Part shown: positions 1 to 9,321 of the stretch, one piece after another
Numbering within the stretch: position 1 is the stretch's first letter
Layout: each line of letters starts with the position of its first letter
Assembly: GCA_965248255.1 (NCBI GenBank)
Contig: CBDFIW010000003.1
Span: 993,239-1,057,238 of the forward strand
Source: Bryobacterales bacterium
GTDB lineage: Bacteria; Acidobacteriota; Terriglobia; Bryobacterales; UBA6623
Length of the DNA stretch: 64,000 nt
Direction: 5' to 3'
Position numbers and translations under genes: made by a program
Notes under the pieces: model-generated
Told to the model about the DNA's origin: nothing
Seen by the model: the letters and a program-made list of their open reading frames with translations, nothing else
Databases searched by the model: none

Positions 1-1
1 G

Positions 2-583
2 GCGATCGCGCACGTCTCGGGGCGGGCGCGGCGGCTGCTGACCCTTGAGCGCACGGCCTTGAACTTCCTGCAGCACTTGAGCGGGATCGCCACCCTTGCC
101 GCGCAATTCGTCGAGACCGTCGAAGGGACCGGTTGCCAGATTCTCGACACACGCAAAACGATGCCGGGATTGCGGCTTCTGGAGAAGCTCGCCGCGCGAG
201 CGGGCGGCGTAACGAACCACCGGATGGGCCTATACGACGCCATCCTCATCAAGAACAACCACATCACGGCGGCAGGTGGTGTTCGGGAGGCTCTGCAACA
301 GGCCGGCGGCCACGGTCTTCCCATCGAGATCGAGGTGCGCACGTTCGATGAACTGGACCAGGCGCTCGAAGCCAAAGCCGGGCACGTCATGCTCGACAAC
401 TTCAGTCCCGCGCAGGCTCGAAAGGCCGTCGAGCAGATCGCGGGCCGTGCCAAGGCTGAAGTCTCGGGAGGCATCACGCTTGCGACCGTGCGCGGCTATG
501 CCGAGAGCGGCGTGGATTCTGTATCCGCTGGAGCGATCACACACTCGGCGCCGGCGGTGGACATCGGCTTCCGGCTGGAGTAG
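2..583 (+). CDS. nadC: nicotinate-nucleotide diphosphorylase (carboxylating), C-terminal part; 5' end lies outside the window
   Basis: Frame 2 is open from base 2 (...ERTALNFLQHLSGIATL...). It contains TRKTMPGLR, NHRMGLYD..IKNNH and SGGIT motifs typical of NadC. The listed ORF start at 59 is only an internal TTG. Confidence 0.85.
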   Translation, partial: AIAHVSGRARRLLTLERTALNFLQHLSGIATLAAQFVETVEGTGCQILDTRKTMPGLRLLEKLAARAGGVTNHRMGLYDAILIKNNHITAAGGVREALQQAGGHGLPIEIEVRTFDELDQALEAKAGHVMLDNFSPAQARKAVEQIAGRAKAEVSGGITLATVRGYAESGVDSVSAGAITHSAPAVDIGFRLE

Positions 584-607
584 AGGTGTCGGGCGGCCCG
601 CAGGCTG

Positions 608-1423
608 ATGCCCGCGGCTCTGTCGGTGACTTTCGTACCACTGGTCATGCTCCACCATCGATTCGGCCGACCTCGTTTCTATTTCGAAAGCATCGATACC
701 ACTATGCGCGAAGCGACCGAGCGAGCCGAAGCGGGTGCGCCCGAAGGCACGCTCATCCTCGCCGACACGCAAACGGCCGGCAGAGGCCGGCTCGGACGGT
801 CGTGGGTTTCCGAACCCGGCACGGGGCTCTACTTCTCGCTGGTCCTGCGGCCACGGGTAGCCCCGGCACAGGCTCCCGTCGTGACCCTGGTACTCGGTCT
901 CGGGGTAGCTGAGGGGCTCGCCGAAGCCGCCGGCGTCCGGTGTGATCTGCGCTGGCCCAACGACGTCCTCGTCGGCGACAAGAAGTGCGCCGGCATTCTG
1001 GTTGAAATGTCTTCGGAAGGCGAATCAGTACGGTATGCCGTCGCGGGCATCGGTATCAACGTGAACCAGACAACCATGCCACCGGAGCTCGATGCCGTTG
1101 CGACGTCACTACGAATGGCAACGGGGCGTGAACACGACAAGGACGCCGTTCTCAATGCCGTGCTCGCGCACGCCGAGCGCTACTATGAGAAGTTCGTCAA
1201 GGAGGGCCCCGGTCCGATTGTCGGCGCCTTTTCACGAAGCTCGACTTATGTGCGCGGCAAGAGCATCGTTGTCGAGGGCGGCGAGTCGCGCCTCCACGGA
1301 ACGACGGCGGGCCTCGACGAGTCGGGCGTTCTGATGCTTGAAACTGGGCCAGGCCGGGTCGAGCCCATCCTTTCGGGTAGCATCCGCCCGTGGCGCGGCG
1401 ACACGCCCGAAGGCCCCAGCTAG
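608..1423 (+). CDS. birA: biotin--[acetyl-CoA-carboxylase] ligase (group I, no HTH)
   Basis: Contains the GRGRLGRSW biotin-ligase signature and KKCAGILVE. An alternative ATG lies at 647. The stop codon abuts the coaX start. Confidence 0.85.
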   Translation: MPAALSVTFVPLVMLHHRFGRPRFYFESIDTTMREATERAEAGAPEGTLILADTQTAGRGRLGRSWVSEPGTGLYFSLVLRPRVAPAQAPVVTLVLGLGVAEGLAEAAGVRCDLRWPNDVLVGDKKCAGILVEMSSEGESVRYAVAGIGINVNQTTMPPELDAVATSLRMATGREHDKDAVLNAVLAHAERYYEKFVKEGPGPIVGAFSRSSTYVRGKSIVVEGGESRLHGTTAGLDESGVLMLETGPGRVEPILSGSIRPWRGDTPEGPS

Positions 1424-2215
1424 ATGCTGTTCGCGGTCGATGTCGGCAACACGCACCTCACGCTCGGCGTGTATCGAGGCTCGGATCTCGCCGCTCACTG
1501 GCGTTTGAAGACCGATCCTTCGCAAACCGTCGACGGCTGGGGTGTGCTGTTTCGGAATCTCTTCCTGCTGGCGGATCTCAGTATCGACGAGATTCGCGGC
1601 ATCATCATCTCCTCTGTGGTGCCCCAGCTCAACTCATCACTGGAGGAAACCGCCCGCCGCTACCTGGGCGCGCGGCCGCTTTTTGTCACCGCCGAGATCG
1701 ATACCGGCATCACCGTCAAGACCGACAATCCCTCCGAGGTCGGCGCGGACCGCATCGTCAACGCCGTGGCCGCCTTCAGCCGTTACGGCGGGCCGTGCAT
1801 CGTGGTCGATTTCGGAACCGCCATTACGTTGGATGCCATCTCAAGCCAGGGTGGATACCTGGGCGGGGCGATCTGCCCCGGTATCTCGATCGCCTCCGAA
1901 GCCTTGTTCCGCAGAACGGCCCGCCTGCCGCAGATTGAGCTACGCGAGCCGAAGAAGGTGATTGGCTCGAACACCATCGCCAGTCTGCAAGCCGGTTTGT
2001 ATTACGGAACGGTGGGGATGGTCGACGCGATCTTGGACCGGATGATCGGTGAGCTGGGGGGCGGGGGGAAAGTGGTGGCGACAGGCGGTCAGGCCCACGT
2101 GATCTGCCCCGGATCACGATACATCGAAGAGATCGACGAGCACCTCACGCTCGACGGCCTGCGGATCATTTGGGATAGGAGCCGTGACGCAGTAGATACG
2201 GAAGCAACCGCCTGA
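1424..2215 (+). CDS. coaX: type III pantothenate kinase
   Basis: The N-terminus MLFAVDVGNTHLTLGVY and the motifs GADRIVNAVAA and VVDFGTAIT match CoaX/Baf. It shows the classic birA-coaX adjacency. Confidence 0.9.
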   Translation: MLFAVDVGNTHLTLGVYRGSDLAAHWRLKTDPSQTVDGWGVLFRNLFLLADLSIDEIRGIIISSVVPQLNSSLEETARRYLGARPLFVTAEIDTGITVKTDNPSEVGADRIVNAVAAFSRYGGPCIVVDFGTAITLDAISSQGGYLGGAICPGISIASEALFRRTARLPQIELREPKKVIGSNTIASLQAGLYYGTVGMVDAILDRMIGELGGGGKVVATGGQAHVICPGSRYIEEIDEHLTLDGLRIIWDRSRDAVDTEATA

Positions 2216-2353
2216 GAGAACGGCGGCCGTTGGCCCATTCAGAGCCGCTAGAACCGGTAAGGCGCGGCCGGCCCTGATGTGCTTCCAAGCTTGCAAGTTC
2301 GGCGCCTGGAACGCGCCGGCCACCGGAAAGTCGGGCTGGGATGAGCTTACGGG

Positions 2354-3188
2354 CTAGGGCGTGTTAACACTAACGTAGGGTATCGAAACGTAGAGCCTCG
2401 ACGATGAGGGCGAAGTGGAGGAAGGCGAGGAACATGACGTCGAGCTTGTCGAAGCGGGAGAAGATGCGGCGGAATCCCTTGAGCCGTCGGAAGAGTCTCT
2501 CGATCTCGTTGCGGCGGCGATAGAGCGCTCGGTCGTATTCCCACGGCTCCAGGCGGGTGCGCCGGGGCGGCACGACGGGAATCCATCCGAAATCCAAAGC
2601 CAGTTGGCGTGTCTGATCGTCCTCATAGGCGCCGTCCATCAGCAGCGGCAGCGGCTCGGGCAGTGGCCCCAGACCACCGAGCAGTTCGCGGCCCTGCTGG
2701 GCGTCGTGCGCTTGGCCGGGCGAGAGAGCGAAGGTTATCGCCGTTCGAGCATTTGCGGCAACCATATGAATCTTGGTGGTCCATCCGCCGCGGGATTTGC
2801 CGATCGCTTGCGGACCGTTTTTTTAACGCGCCCGTGCCGTCGGGATGAACCTTCACGATGGTCGAGTCCATTGACACGGCTTCGATTCGGATGCGGACCA
2901 GCTGCTCGCGCTGCAGTTTCTCGAAGACGGCGTCGAGCACGCCGTTCTTCGACCAGCGGTTCATGCGGGTATAAATGGTGTGCCAGTTACCGAAGCGTTT
3001 AGGCAAGCCGCGCCATTTGCAGCCCTGCTCGGCGACATACAACATGGCGTTCAAAACCGTGAGGTTCGGCAGGCTCACATTGCCGCGCTGGCGGGGCAGG
3101 ACCGGCTCGATGCGGCGGTATTGCTGCTCGGTGATCTCCATACCTCCGAGTATAGCAGCTTTTGCGACTTAGTGTTAACACGCCCTAG
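2354..3188 (-). mobile_element. IS5-family insertion sequence (IS427/IS1031-like), 835 bp
   Basis: Perfect 20-bp terminal inverted repeats: CTAGGGCGTGTTAACACTAA at 2354-2373 and its reverse complement at 3169-3188. They enclose a two-ORF DDE transposase. Confidence 0.9.
2370..3141 (-). CDS. IS5-family transposase in two overlapping frames (orfA 2623..3141, orfB 2370..~2826) joined at an A7 run
   Basis: orfA has a DUF4096-like N-terminus (LPRQRGNVSLPNLTVLNAMLYV...CKWRGLP). The orfB frame upstream of its M reads KNGPQAIGKSRGGWTTKIH, followed by DDE_Tnp_1 motifs (MDGAYEDD, RNEIERLFRRLK). The frames meet at the A7 run (plus-strand T7, 2818-2824). Confidence 0.85.
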
Positions 3189-3379
3189 TCTGTGTTTCTC
3201 ACCACGTGGCGAGGCCAAGTGCGTGAGAAGGCTGTCAGCACGAGGCGCGAGCCGCTTGGCGCCCCTGTCTTTGTCGGATTAAGGTGTACTTGACGGTACC
3301 AGGAGCACGGCAAGCAAGCGCAACGAAGTCATGGCGGTCTTATCGCGCCCTTCGACCGTCAGGTGGTGAGAAATGCTGG

Positions 3380-3907
3380 CTACGACGCGCGGGAAGACCG
3401 CACAGCCGTCGCCACCTTCTTCTCCGAGCGGACCAGCTTCTTGAGGGTCTCGTCCGCCGTCAACCGCTGTACCTGGTCGGTGACACAGACCGAGATGATC
3501 GGCTGCCGGGAATTCTTCAGGATGTCAACGATGTTCTCATGACTGTCTTCGAGGTAGATATTCTTGCCGTCGGTCAGCAGATGGACTTCTTCGCCATTAC
3601 GAACCGCCTCGAACAGCCCCTTGCCCAATTCCTTCTGCAGGAACCGAAGGACCCTGCGAATCTTTTGCAGAGAAATACCTTTTTGTCGAAGCTCAGTGAT
3701 CAGCGAAATCTCAACCAACTCGTGAAGCTGGTAGGTCCGCTTGTGCCCATGTTGAACCGGGCTTACCACACCCTGCTCATCCCACCACTGGAGTTGGCGC
3801 AGGCTGACTCCCGTGATCTCAGCGACATCTTGGCTGCTGAAGGTAGCAGCACTTTGGTCGAACTTGCGACGGAGCGATTTCTTGGTCTTCGACTTGAGCA
3901 TGGGCAA
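3380..3907 (-). CDS. MerR-family transcriptional regulator
   Basis: Contains a MerR HTH (FSSQDVAEITGVSLRQLQWWDEQGVVSP...RTYQLHELVEISLITELRQKGISLQKIR). Confidence 0.8.
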   Translation of the reverse strand: MPMLKSKTKKSLRRKFDQSAATFSSQDVAEITGVSLRQLQWWDEQGVVSPVQHGHKRTYQLHELVEISLITELRQKGISLQKIRRVLRFLQKELGKGLFEAVRNGEEVHLLTDGKNIYLEDSHENIVDILKNSRQPIISVCVTDQVQRLTADETLKKLVRSEKKVATAVRSSRAS

Positions 3908-4000
3908 GGGCTACTCTCGCTGGTGTGGGGGACACTGAAATTTTACGACAACCGGAGCCCTCTGGGGTAGTAGGCGTTTAACCCTATGAAAACAAGCCCA

Positions 4001-4273
4001 TTACCCGCCGCCCACGAATTGTACGATTTCCAACACGGCCCCGGGCCTAAGCTCAGTTGACTCCCATTGCGGTTTGTGTACGATCGAGCGGTCGAGTTCA
4101 ACGGCCACGCGATCGGGCTCCAGAGCAAGTTGTCCCAGTAATCCGAACACGGTCGTGCCGGCCGGGACACTTCGTTCTTCGCCGTTGACCCGGATCCGGA
4201 ATCCGGCGGAATCCGGCGGCAGGTCGGTCCGCGCCGCCTTGCTGCTGTTGCCATCCTGGGTGGGCCGGTCCAA
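4001..4273 (-). CDS. thiS: ThiS/MoaD-like sulfur-carrier protein (true start may be internal)
   Basis: The C-terminus ...RIRVNGEERSVPAGTTVFGLLGQL...VELDRSIVHKPQWESTELRPGAVLEIVQFVGGG ends in GG, as in ThiS. The 24-aa N-terminal extension is atypical. Confidence 0.6.
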   Translation of the reverse strand: MDRPTQDGNSSKAARTDLPPDSAGFRIRVNGEERSVPAGTTVFGLLGQLALEPDRVAVELDRSIVHKPQWESTELRPGAVLEIVQFVGGG

Positions 4274-4429
4274 GTCGGGCAGACCTCCTCGAATCCTCCT
4301 CGATTATAGAGCAATCATGCACAGACTCAATCAAGCCGTAGAGCTTCGCTGCTTCGCTGTACTCCCCACTTACGACCATCTTGATCCAATGCCATAATGG
4401 CCTACTGACTCATTCGACGGATTCTGCAC

Positions 4430-5596
4430 ATGAAAATCAAGGACGTCAAAACCTACCTGGTGGGCAACCCGTGGAAGAACTGGCTCTTCACCCGCGTCGA
4501 AACGGACGACGGCATTCACGGCGTCGGCGAAGGCACCTGCAACGCCTTCGGCAAGACTGTCGAAGCCGCGGTCCACGAGCTGTCGCCGTTCATCATCGGC
4601 ATGGACCCCTTCCAGGTCGAGATCATCTCGCAGCGCATGGTCCGCGACGTCTATTCCGAGGGCGGACAGATCCACATGTCGGCTGTCGCCTCGATCGAGA
4701 TCGCCTGCTGGGACATCATCGGCAAAGCCACCGGCCAGCCCATCTACAACCTGTGGGGCGGACGCTGCCACGAAAAGCTGCGCGCCTATGCCAACGGCTG
4801 GTACCGTGGTCCGCGCACGCCCGAGAGCTTCGCCGAGAAAGCCAAGAAGGTTGTCGAGCGCGGCTACACGGCGATGAAGTTCGACCCCTTCGGCGCGAAC
4901 TGGCGAACGATGTCGCTTGAAGAATTCGAGCTGTCGCACGACGTCATTGCGGCGGTGCGCGAAGCGGTCGGGCCTAGAGTCGATATCCTGATCGAAGTCC
5001 ACAACCGCTTCAACGTCGAGACGGCGGTCCGCTTCGCCCGTGCGATCGAGCGTTACAAGCCCATGTGGTACGAGGAGCCGGTTGCGCACACCAACATCGC
5101 CGCGCTGGTCGAGGTCGCTCGGCAGAGCCCCGTCCCCGTGGCAACCGGTGAGAGCTTCAGCAGCAAGCAAGAGTTCGCCGAGCTGGCCAAGCACGAGGTC
5201 GTGAGCATCTATCAACCCGAGATCCTGGCCGTGGGCGGCCTCTTCGCCGCGCGCAAGATCGCCGACATGGTCGACGCCCACTTCGGCGTCATCGCCCCCC
5301 ACAGCGCCCAAGGACCGATCTGCTCGGCTTCCTGCGTGCAGTTGAACGCCTCGATCCCCAACTTCCTGATTCACGAAATCTTCGACGAGTTCAACGAGCC
5401 CTGGGAGAAGCAGATCATCACCAACGCCGTGGAAGTCAAAGATGGCTACATCGAGATCTCCGACCGCCCCGGCCTGGGCGTCGATCTGGTGCTCGATGAA
5501 CTCCCCAAGTACCCCTACCAACAAGAGCACTACCTGCCGCTGTTCAAACCCGGCTGGGAGAAGCGCGAAGGCGACGAGTCGGAGCCCAGCGAGTAA
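4430..5596 (+). CDS. enolase-superfamily enzyme (mandelate racemase/muconate lactonizing family, galactonate/mannonate dehydratase-like)
   Basis: The N-terminus MKIKDVKTYLVGNPWKNWLFTRVETDDGIHGVGEGT, IEIACWDIIGK and the MR_MLE C-domain pattern (EVHNRF..WYEEP..ATGE) support the call. Confidence 0.85.
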   Translation: MKIKDVKTYLVGNPWKNWLFTRVETDDGIHGVGEGTCNAFGKTVEAAVHELSPFIIGMDPFQVEIISQRMVRDVYSEGGQIHMSAVASIEIACWDIIGKATGQPIYNLWGGRCHEKLRAYANGWYRGPRTPESFAEKAKKVVERGYTAMKFDPFGANWRTMSLEEFELSHDVIAAVREAVGPRVDILIEVHNRFNVETAVRFARAIERYKPMWYEEPVAHTNIAALVEVARQSPVPVATGESFSSKQEFAELAKHEVVSIYQPEILAVGGLFAARKIADMVDAHFGVIAPHSAQGPICSASCVQLNASIPNFLIHEIFDEFNEPWEKQIITNAVEVKDGYIEISDRPGLGVDLVLDELPKYPYQQEHYLPLFKPGWEKREGDESEPSE

Positions 5597-5796
5597 GCGA
5601 GCGGTGAGGCGCCGCTGTCGGTAGCTGACCTCTCGCCGCTGGGATCGAAGGGTGGAAGCTAGCGGGCCGCTGCTGATTATACTCCTGTAACCATTCCTCT
5701 ACATCTGCCTGCAACTCATCCAGGGAGGCTCAGAGGGTGAATCGGCGTTGCGAGGTGGTGCACCCCTCCATGGCTGTCGGGGCTCGGTTGCTCGGC

Positions 5797-7278
5797 CTAC
5801 GACGCCGAACGGTTCGTCAGGCGGTCGGCAGCTTGTTGCCACGGCTCTGTCTCGCCCGCGGGCTCGTAGTGGCTGAGATCCACCGAGCGGCGAACGAGCT
5901 CGCGGGCCTCTGCGGCGCCCGCAATGCGCCCGGCGGCGACGGCCTGCTGGAGGACGTTGCCGAGCGCCGTAGCCTCGACGGGGCCGGCTTCGACCGCTAC
6001 GCCCGTGGCGTCGGCGGCGTACTGGCAAAGGAGGGCATTCTTCGAGCCGCCACCAACGATGTGGAGCTTGCGGATCGCGGTCCCGGTGATCTGTTGCAGG
6101 TCCGCGAGCGCCAGCCGGTACTTCAGGGCCAGGCTCTCGAAGATACAGCGCGCGAACTGACCGGGCGTCTCGGGAGCGGGTTGGCCGTGGCGCGTACAAC
6201 AGTCAACGATGCATTTCGGCATGTCGCCGGGCGCTACGAACAAAGGATCGTCCACGTCGATGACGGACCGGAAGGGCTGCGCGGCTTCGGCGGCGCGGCA
6301 GAGGTCGTCGTAGTTGGTGTCGACCCCCTGGCGTGACCATTCGCGCCGGCACTCCTCGAGCAGCCACAGCCCGCAGATGTTCTTGAGCAAGCGTATTTTG
6401 CCCCAGGCGCCCCCTTCGTTGGTGAAGTTGCGCTCCAGCACCGACGGCGTCACGTGCGGCTCGGCGGCCTCACAGCCAAGCAATGACCACGTGCCGGAAC
6501 TCAGATACGCCCAGTCGTCGCCCTGCCCAGGGATGGCGGCGACCGCCGAGCCCGTGTCGTGGCTCGCCGGTGCGATCACCTGCATCTTCCCCGCCCCAAT
6601 GTTGCCTACCCCGCATTCGTCCGCCACCGCGGGCAACAGCTCACCTAACGGCGAACTCGGCGGCACGATCTCAGGAAGGATATCGACCGGCATGCCGAGC
6701 CTCGACAGCAGATCCGTGGCCCACACCCGGCTCCGAGGGTCGAGAAACTGCGTCGTGCTGGCAGCGCTGTACTCACACACCGCCCGCCCTGAAAACCAAT
6801 AGTGGAACAGGTCGGGCATCATCAACAGCGTCCGAGCACTGCCGAGCGCGGCGGAGTCTTTCATCGAGTACAACTGGAACAAGGTGTTGATCTCCATGAA
6901 CTGGAGGCCCGTCGCGTGGAAGATCTCCTCTCGGCTGACGTCGGCGAAGACCTGCTCGATGACGCCGTTCGTGCGGGCGTCGCGATAGCAGTACGGGTTG
7001 CCGACCAGAGCGCCGGAGTTGTCGAGCAGCGCGAAATCGACGCCCCAGGTGTCGACGCCGAGCGAAACCGGCTTATGAGGGGCGGCCTTGGCGAGCCCGG
7101 TCTTCATCTCACTAAAGAGGCGCAGCGCGTCCCAGTAAAGATGGTCGAGCAAGCGGACAGCGTTGTTGGAGAAACGGTGCAACTCTTCGAGCAAAAGACG
7201 GTCGCCGTCGAAACGGCCGAGGATGGCCCGACCGCTGCCGGCGCCAAGATCGAAGGCAAGGTAGTTTTCGGTGGCCAT
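5797..7278 (-). CDS. rhaB: rhamnulokinase-like FGGY carbohydrate kinase
   Basis: The N-terminus YLAFDLGAGSGRAILGRFDG..LEELHRFSN...YWD, LHIVGGGSKN and its 493-aa length match RhaB-type kinases. Confidence 0.75.
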   Translation of the reverse strand: MATENYLAFDLGAGSGRAILGRFDGDRLLLEELHRFSNNAVRLLDHLYWDALRLFSEMKTGLAKAAPHKPVSLGVDTWGVDFALLDNSGALVGNPYCYRDARTNGVIEQVFADVSREEIFHATGLQFMEINTLFQLYSMKDSAALGSARTLLMMPDLFHYWFSGRAVCEYSAASTTQFLDPRSRVWATDLLSRLGMPVDILPEIVPPSSPLGELLPAVADECGVGNIGAGKMQVIAPASHDTGSAVAAIPGQGDDWAYLSSGTWSLLGCEAAEPHVTPSVLERNFTNEGGAWGKIRLLKNICGLWLLEECRREWSRQGVDTNYDDLCRAAEAAQPFRSVIDVDDPLFVAPGDMPKCIVDCCTRHGQPAPETPGQFARCIFESLALKYRLALADLQQITGTAIRKLHIVGGGSKNALLCQYAADATGVAVEAGPVEATALGNVLQQAVAAGRIAGAAEARELVRRSVDLSHYEPAGETEPWQQAADRLTNRSAS

Positions 7279-7421
7279 AGCGGAGGGTCGAAGGGCGATT
7301 CTCTCTCAGACGGGGCCCCGGAGCAAGTTAGCCAACCGCGGACTCCCGTCCGAGGCTCTGTCGTTGTGGGTGGGACGGTCTTGGTGGGCCGAGCAGCAAT
7401 GACTCAATCCGTTGACTCGGT

Positions 7422-9010
7422 TGTTGAAGCCCAATGATAATGTCCCCTTGAGCGCCCAATAGAAATGTCCCCTAATCTGGACCTCTGCGAGGAGGTGAAA
7501 GATTGGGAAGGACATGGATGAGTGCCAAGGAGTTGAGGCGCGGCGAAGTGCTGAGCCGAGTGAAACGAGGGGAACTGAAGTTGACCGAAGCCACCGCACT
7601 GCTGGAGGTCAGCTACCGCCAAGCGAAGCGGCTCAACAAGCGTTACCGAGCAGGCGGGGTCAAGGCTTTAGTGCACGGTAACGTCGGCCGCGCTTCGAAC
7701 CGAGCCGATGACAAGCGCCGCGAGCAGGTTCTCGAGTTGGTGCACGCAAACTATGCGGGCGAGGGGCACGAGCGCTTCGGGCCGACGCTGGCGTCGGAAC
7801 ATCTGGCAGCCGATCAGGGCCTGGAAGTGCCGCGCGAAACGCTGCGGCGCTGGATGCTCGCGGCGGGCCTGTGGAGCCGGAGTCGCAAGCGCCCACCGCA
7901 TCGCAGCCGGCGGCAACGCAAAGCGCACTTCGGCGAGCTGATTCAACTCGACGGTTCGCACCACCACTGGCTGGAAGGACGCGGCCCGAAAGCCTGTTTG
8001 ATGAACTTTGTCGATGACGCGACCGGTCTTGCACTGTGCCGCTTCTCGGGCCAGGAAACGACCTGGGCCGCGGCCGATCTGCTCCAAGCCTGGGTGCGCC
8101 AACACGGCGTTCCCAAGGCGTTGTACTGCGACTGGAAAAACGTCTACCAGCGCCAGCCGACGTCGCGGGAAGCACTGGAAGGCATCAAGCCCGAGACGCA
8201 GTTCGGGCGCATGTGCGCGAAGCTTGGCATTGGCATCATTGCCGCATCGTCGCCGCAAGCCAAGGGACGTGTCGAACGCCATCACGGCACGCACCAGGAC
8301 CGCCTGATCAAGAAGATGCGGCTGCGGGGCATCGTTGATTACGAGGCGGCGAACCGTTACCTCGGCGAGGAGTACTTAGCCGAGCACAACGAGCGCTTCT
8401 GCTGCGAGCCGGCGGCGGGAGCGGACTTTCACCAGGCGCTACCCCGCGGCACCGAGCTGCGAGGGGTGTTCTGCTTGGAATACGAACGAGTGGTGAGCAA
8501 CGACCAGGTGGTGCGTTTCGAGAATCGTTGTTTGCAGTTGAAGCCGAAACGCAATCAGGGCGTGGGGGCGGGTGCACGGGTGACGGTCCAACAGGGGCGC
8601 GATGAGAGCTTGCAGGTGAGGTTTGAGGGGCACGAGATCGAGCACGAAGTGATCGCCACGCCGACGCCACGGCTGCGGACGAAGCCGGCACCGCAGGGGA
8701 ACGTGGTGGCCAGACGCAAGCCGGCGGCGAACCACCCCTGGCGGCGAGCTGTGCTGCGGAAAACACGAGCTGCGAATTCATAAGAGGGCTGTGGAAATGC
8801 CGGGTCGGATGGAAAGCGTGGAAAACCTTGTGGCGGCAGCCGTGCCGGGCTCGAGGAACCGTGGATGGTTTTCCACCCTTCCCACCGCCCCTTGGAAATC
8901 GCTGCGCGATTCCCACAGTTCCACAGCCCCGACGATGACGATTCTCTCCTATCACCAAGGGGACACTTCTACTGGGCTACCGAAGGGGACATTTCTATTG
9001 GGCCTTGACA
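7422..9010 (+). mobile_element. ISNCY/IS1202-like insertion sequence, copy A (apparently intact), 1589 bp
   Basis: The ends are TGTTGAAGCCCAAT... (7422) and ...ATTGGGCCTTGACA (9010). Each end carries two direct copies of a 19-bp motif: GCCCAAT(G/A)(A/G)(T/A)AATGTCCCC at 7429-7447 and 7454-7472, and the reverse complement at 8959-8977 and 8985-9003. CGGT occurs immediately outside both ends (7418-7421, 9011-9014). Two further copies lie in the window. Confidence 0.85.
7503..8783 (+). CDS. ISNCY-family (IS1202-group-like) DDE transposase, HTH + rve integrase core
   Basis: 426 aa. The N-terminal HTH reads ELRRGEVLSRVKRGELKLTEATALLEVSYRQAKRLNKRYRAGGVKALVHGNVGR. It also contains LIQLDGSHHHWLEGRGPKACLMNFVDDATG and an rve-like core. 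Confidence 0.8.
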   Translation: MGRTWMSAKELRRGEVLSRVKRGELKLTEATALLEVSYRQAKRLNKRYRAGGVKALVHGNVGRASNRADDKRREQVLELVHANYAGEGHERFGPTLASEHLAADQGLEVPRETLRRWMLAAGLWSRSRKRPPHRSRRQRKAHFGELIQLDGSHHHWLEGRGPKACLMNFVDDATGLALCRFSGQETTWAAADLLQAWVRQHGVPKALYCDWKNVYQRQPTSREALEGIKPETQFGRMCAKLGIGIIAASSPQAKGRVERHHGTHQDRLIKKMRLRGIVDYEAANRYLGEEYLAEHNERFCCEPAAGADFHQALPRGTELRGVFCLEYERVVSNDQVVRFENRCLQLKPKRNQGVGAGARVTVQQGRDESLQVRFEGHEIEHEVIATPTPRLRTKPAPQGNVVARRKPAANHPWRRAVLRKTRAANS

Positions 9011-9012
9011 CG

Positions 9013-9321
9013 GTCTGGCAGGGAGGCAGTGTGACAATTGATTTCGATGACTTCAACTACACCTCGGGACAGGACATCGGCGATGCCGTGATAGAAGATC
9101 CAACGAACGCCGGGGAGAACGTATTCAACGGCAACTCACCTGCCTCTATCGTGAGCCTTAGCGAGTGGAGAATAGACGCACCCCCGACGCCGACGATGCG
9201 GTTCAATTTGAGATGTGAAACCAGTCGACAACGGATGCTGATCAGATGGTCCATGCATGATCAAACGGGTACCGGCAGGGGATCCCCCTGGTCTCTCTAC
9301 TTCCTGGCGGTCGGGAACTAG
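9013..9321 (+). CDS. hypothetical small protein, 3' part of an ORF apparently interrupted by ISNCY copy A (5' seven codons at 7399..7421)
   Basis: Removing the IS plus one CGGT copy joins ATGACTCAATCCGTTGACTCGGT (7399-7421) in frame to CTGGCAGGGAGGC... This gives MTQSVDSVWQGGSVTIDFDDFNY... I recognise no family. Confidence 0.3.
   Translation, partial: VWQGGSVTIDFDDFNYTSGQDIGDAVIEDPTNAGENVFNGNSPASIVSLSEWRIDAPPTPTMRFNLRCETSRQRMLIRWSMHDQTGTGRGSPWSLYFLAVGN

Noticed and set aside
4370-5530. 386-aa ORF on the minus strand.
   Set aside because: It lies entirely antisense to the well-supported enolase-superfamily gene 4430..5596. Its composition is dominated by D/G/V/A/R/L, which is typical of antisense frames in GC-rich DNA, and it contains no recognisable motif.
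8791-9321. 176-aa ORF treated as one gene.
   Set aside because: Its first about 73 codons are read-through of the non-coding 3' end of ISNCY copy A, and the same sequence recurs in copies B and C. Only the part after 9010 is host DNA.
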